A stretch of 64,000 nucleotides of DNA, taken from assembly GCA_010909165.1 (NCBI GenBank), contig VJWM01000178.1:372001-436000 (forward strand), written 5' to 3'. This document shows positions 62,800 to 64,000 of this stretch, in pieces. Numbering within the stretch: the first letter of the stretch is position 1; each line of letters starts with the position of its first letter. The DNA is from Anthoceros angustus. Taxonomy: Eukaryota > Plantae > Anthocerotophyta. Below the pieces are notes generated by a model. It saw only the letters and a list, made by a program, of their open reading frames with translations, made no database searches and was not told the origin of the DNA. The position numbers and the translations under genes were made by a program.

Positions 62800-64000
62800 A
62801 AATCCTATATTATATGCGGAGATAAAATATATTTTATATTAAAATTTTTATATTATATATGGAGGTGAAATGTGCTAAAGCACCGTTTGTTTCATCGTCT
62901 CCAATCATATTAAATCATAAAAAATTATATTTTATATATTATAATTAAATTTGATATTTGATAATCTTAATCTCTTTTTTTTGTGGAATCGATCGTGTAT
63001 TTACATTCCATGTAATTTATAGGATCATTATGAGGCGGCCCTAAAGCGCTTGAGAACCTTGCAATAGCAGCCTTTTTTATGAGCGAGACATTCCATGTAA
63101 TTTAGAATACCCCGAAGGGCCTTACATCAGAGGTCATATGTCAAGTGGCTTCATTACCTTGCAATAGCAGGCATTTTTGCAAGCAAGATAGTAGACATCA
63201 TGTATAAGGCGGCGCTCAAGGGCTTCAAAACCTTATGATAGCAAGCCTTTTTGCCGAGCTTGCAAGGTTCTGAAGCCTGGCAAAAAGGCCTACTATTGTA
63301 AGGTTCTCAAGCCTAGCAAAAAGACCTACTATTGTAAGGTTCTCATAGAAGGCCTTTTTGCCAGCAAGACAACAAAAATCATGCATCACGCGGCCCCAAA
63401 GGACTTCAAAACAAAGGTAGGCCACCAAGGGTTATCCCATGGGGATGGGAGATACCCCATCCCAATAGTGATTTGTCCAAAGGATTGCTTAACACATAAC
63501 AGGCAGCCCTAGAGGGCTTCAAACCAAAGCCAGGCCACCAATCAGGGTTGGGAGGTACATTATCTCAATAGTAATATGTCCATAGGGTTGCTTAACCACA
63601 GGCCAATAAGAAATAGCTCATCCTAGCAGTGATATGTCTGGAGGGTTACTTCATTAGGAGAGTTACTTAACCACTGACTTCCAATGAACTCTGGGCTATT
63701 GAGTCATTATTGAACGAAGAGCCTGGCTTTATTTGTGTATTCCTAAGTGAAGAATGCAATGAATATGAATATTTTATTATAATAAAATTTAAATTATATA
63801 TGATTTTATTATATTATTTTTATTTTATAATAATTTTATTATATTATGATAATTTTATTATATAGTCGCCATATTTTAATTATATAAATTATACTATTAT
63901 AATAATATACATTTTTTATATAATAACAAAAAATAATAGTTATACATATTAACATTGAGTATTATCATGAATGGAAATGTTACAGGGCTAAGATGCTGAT
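62800..64000. repeat. AT-rich, repeat-containing TE-like/intergenic tract
   Basis: Very AT-rich blocks (62800-62980, 63760-63960), a 36-bp tandem repeat at ~63265-63345 and recurrent CCTTGCAATAGCAG motifs. Confidence 0.6.

Overview
Compact, intron-rich nuclear DNA from a seed-free land plant, most likely a hornwort such as Anthoceros. This is inferred from short introns, tight gene packing and a HAEK...DRH-type DYW:KP editing domain. Recognisable genes in order: EME1 (-), an SFT1/Bet1-like SNARE (+), M1 aminopeptidase N (+), a plastid LEA-like gene (-), NADP-malic enzyme (+), PR-1/CAP (+), two STIG1-like copies (+), OST4 (-), TLP18.3 (-), LpxK (-), a long PLS-class PPR with E/E+ domains (-) and an ELF4-like gene (-). 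Two patchwork blocks lie between them: nested Copia/Gypsy/MITE remnants (22.4-27 kb) and a gene-fragment mosaic with a ~2.4-kb segmental duplication and a Sola-like transposase (34.5-49 kb). Four observations stand out: (1) the PPR ORF would read in frame into LpxK but for a 4-nt footprint-like insertion, and its stop is only 22 nt from the LpxK ATG; (2) an inverted-duplication hairpin derived from STIG1 exon 1 lies just downstream of STIG1 and is a candidate young small-RNA locus; (3) the ELF4-like frame continues for ~300 codons across an intron, interrupted only by TGA stops; (4) orphan pieces of U-to-C-type PPR editing factors are present. Two near-identical tandem duplications (5-6.2 kb and 58.9-62.4 kb) look like long-read assembly artefacts. 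Exon boundaries were read by eye; the start codons of the aminopeptidase, NADP-ME and PPR genes are uncertain.
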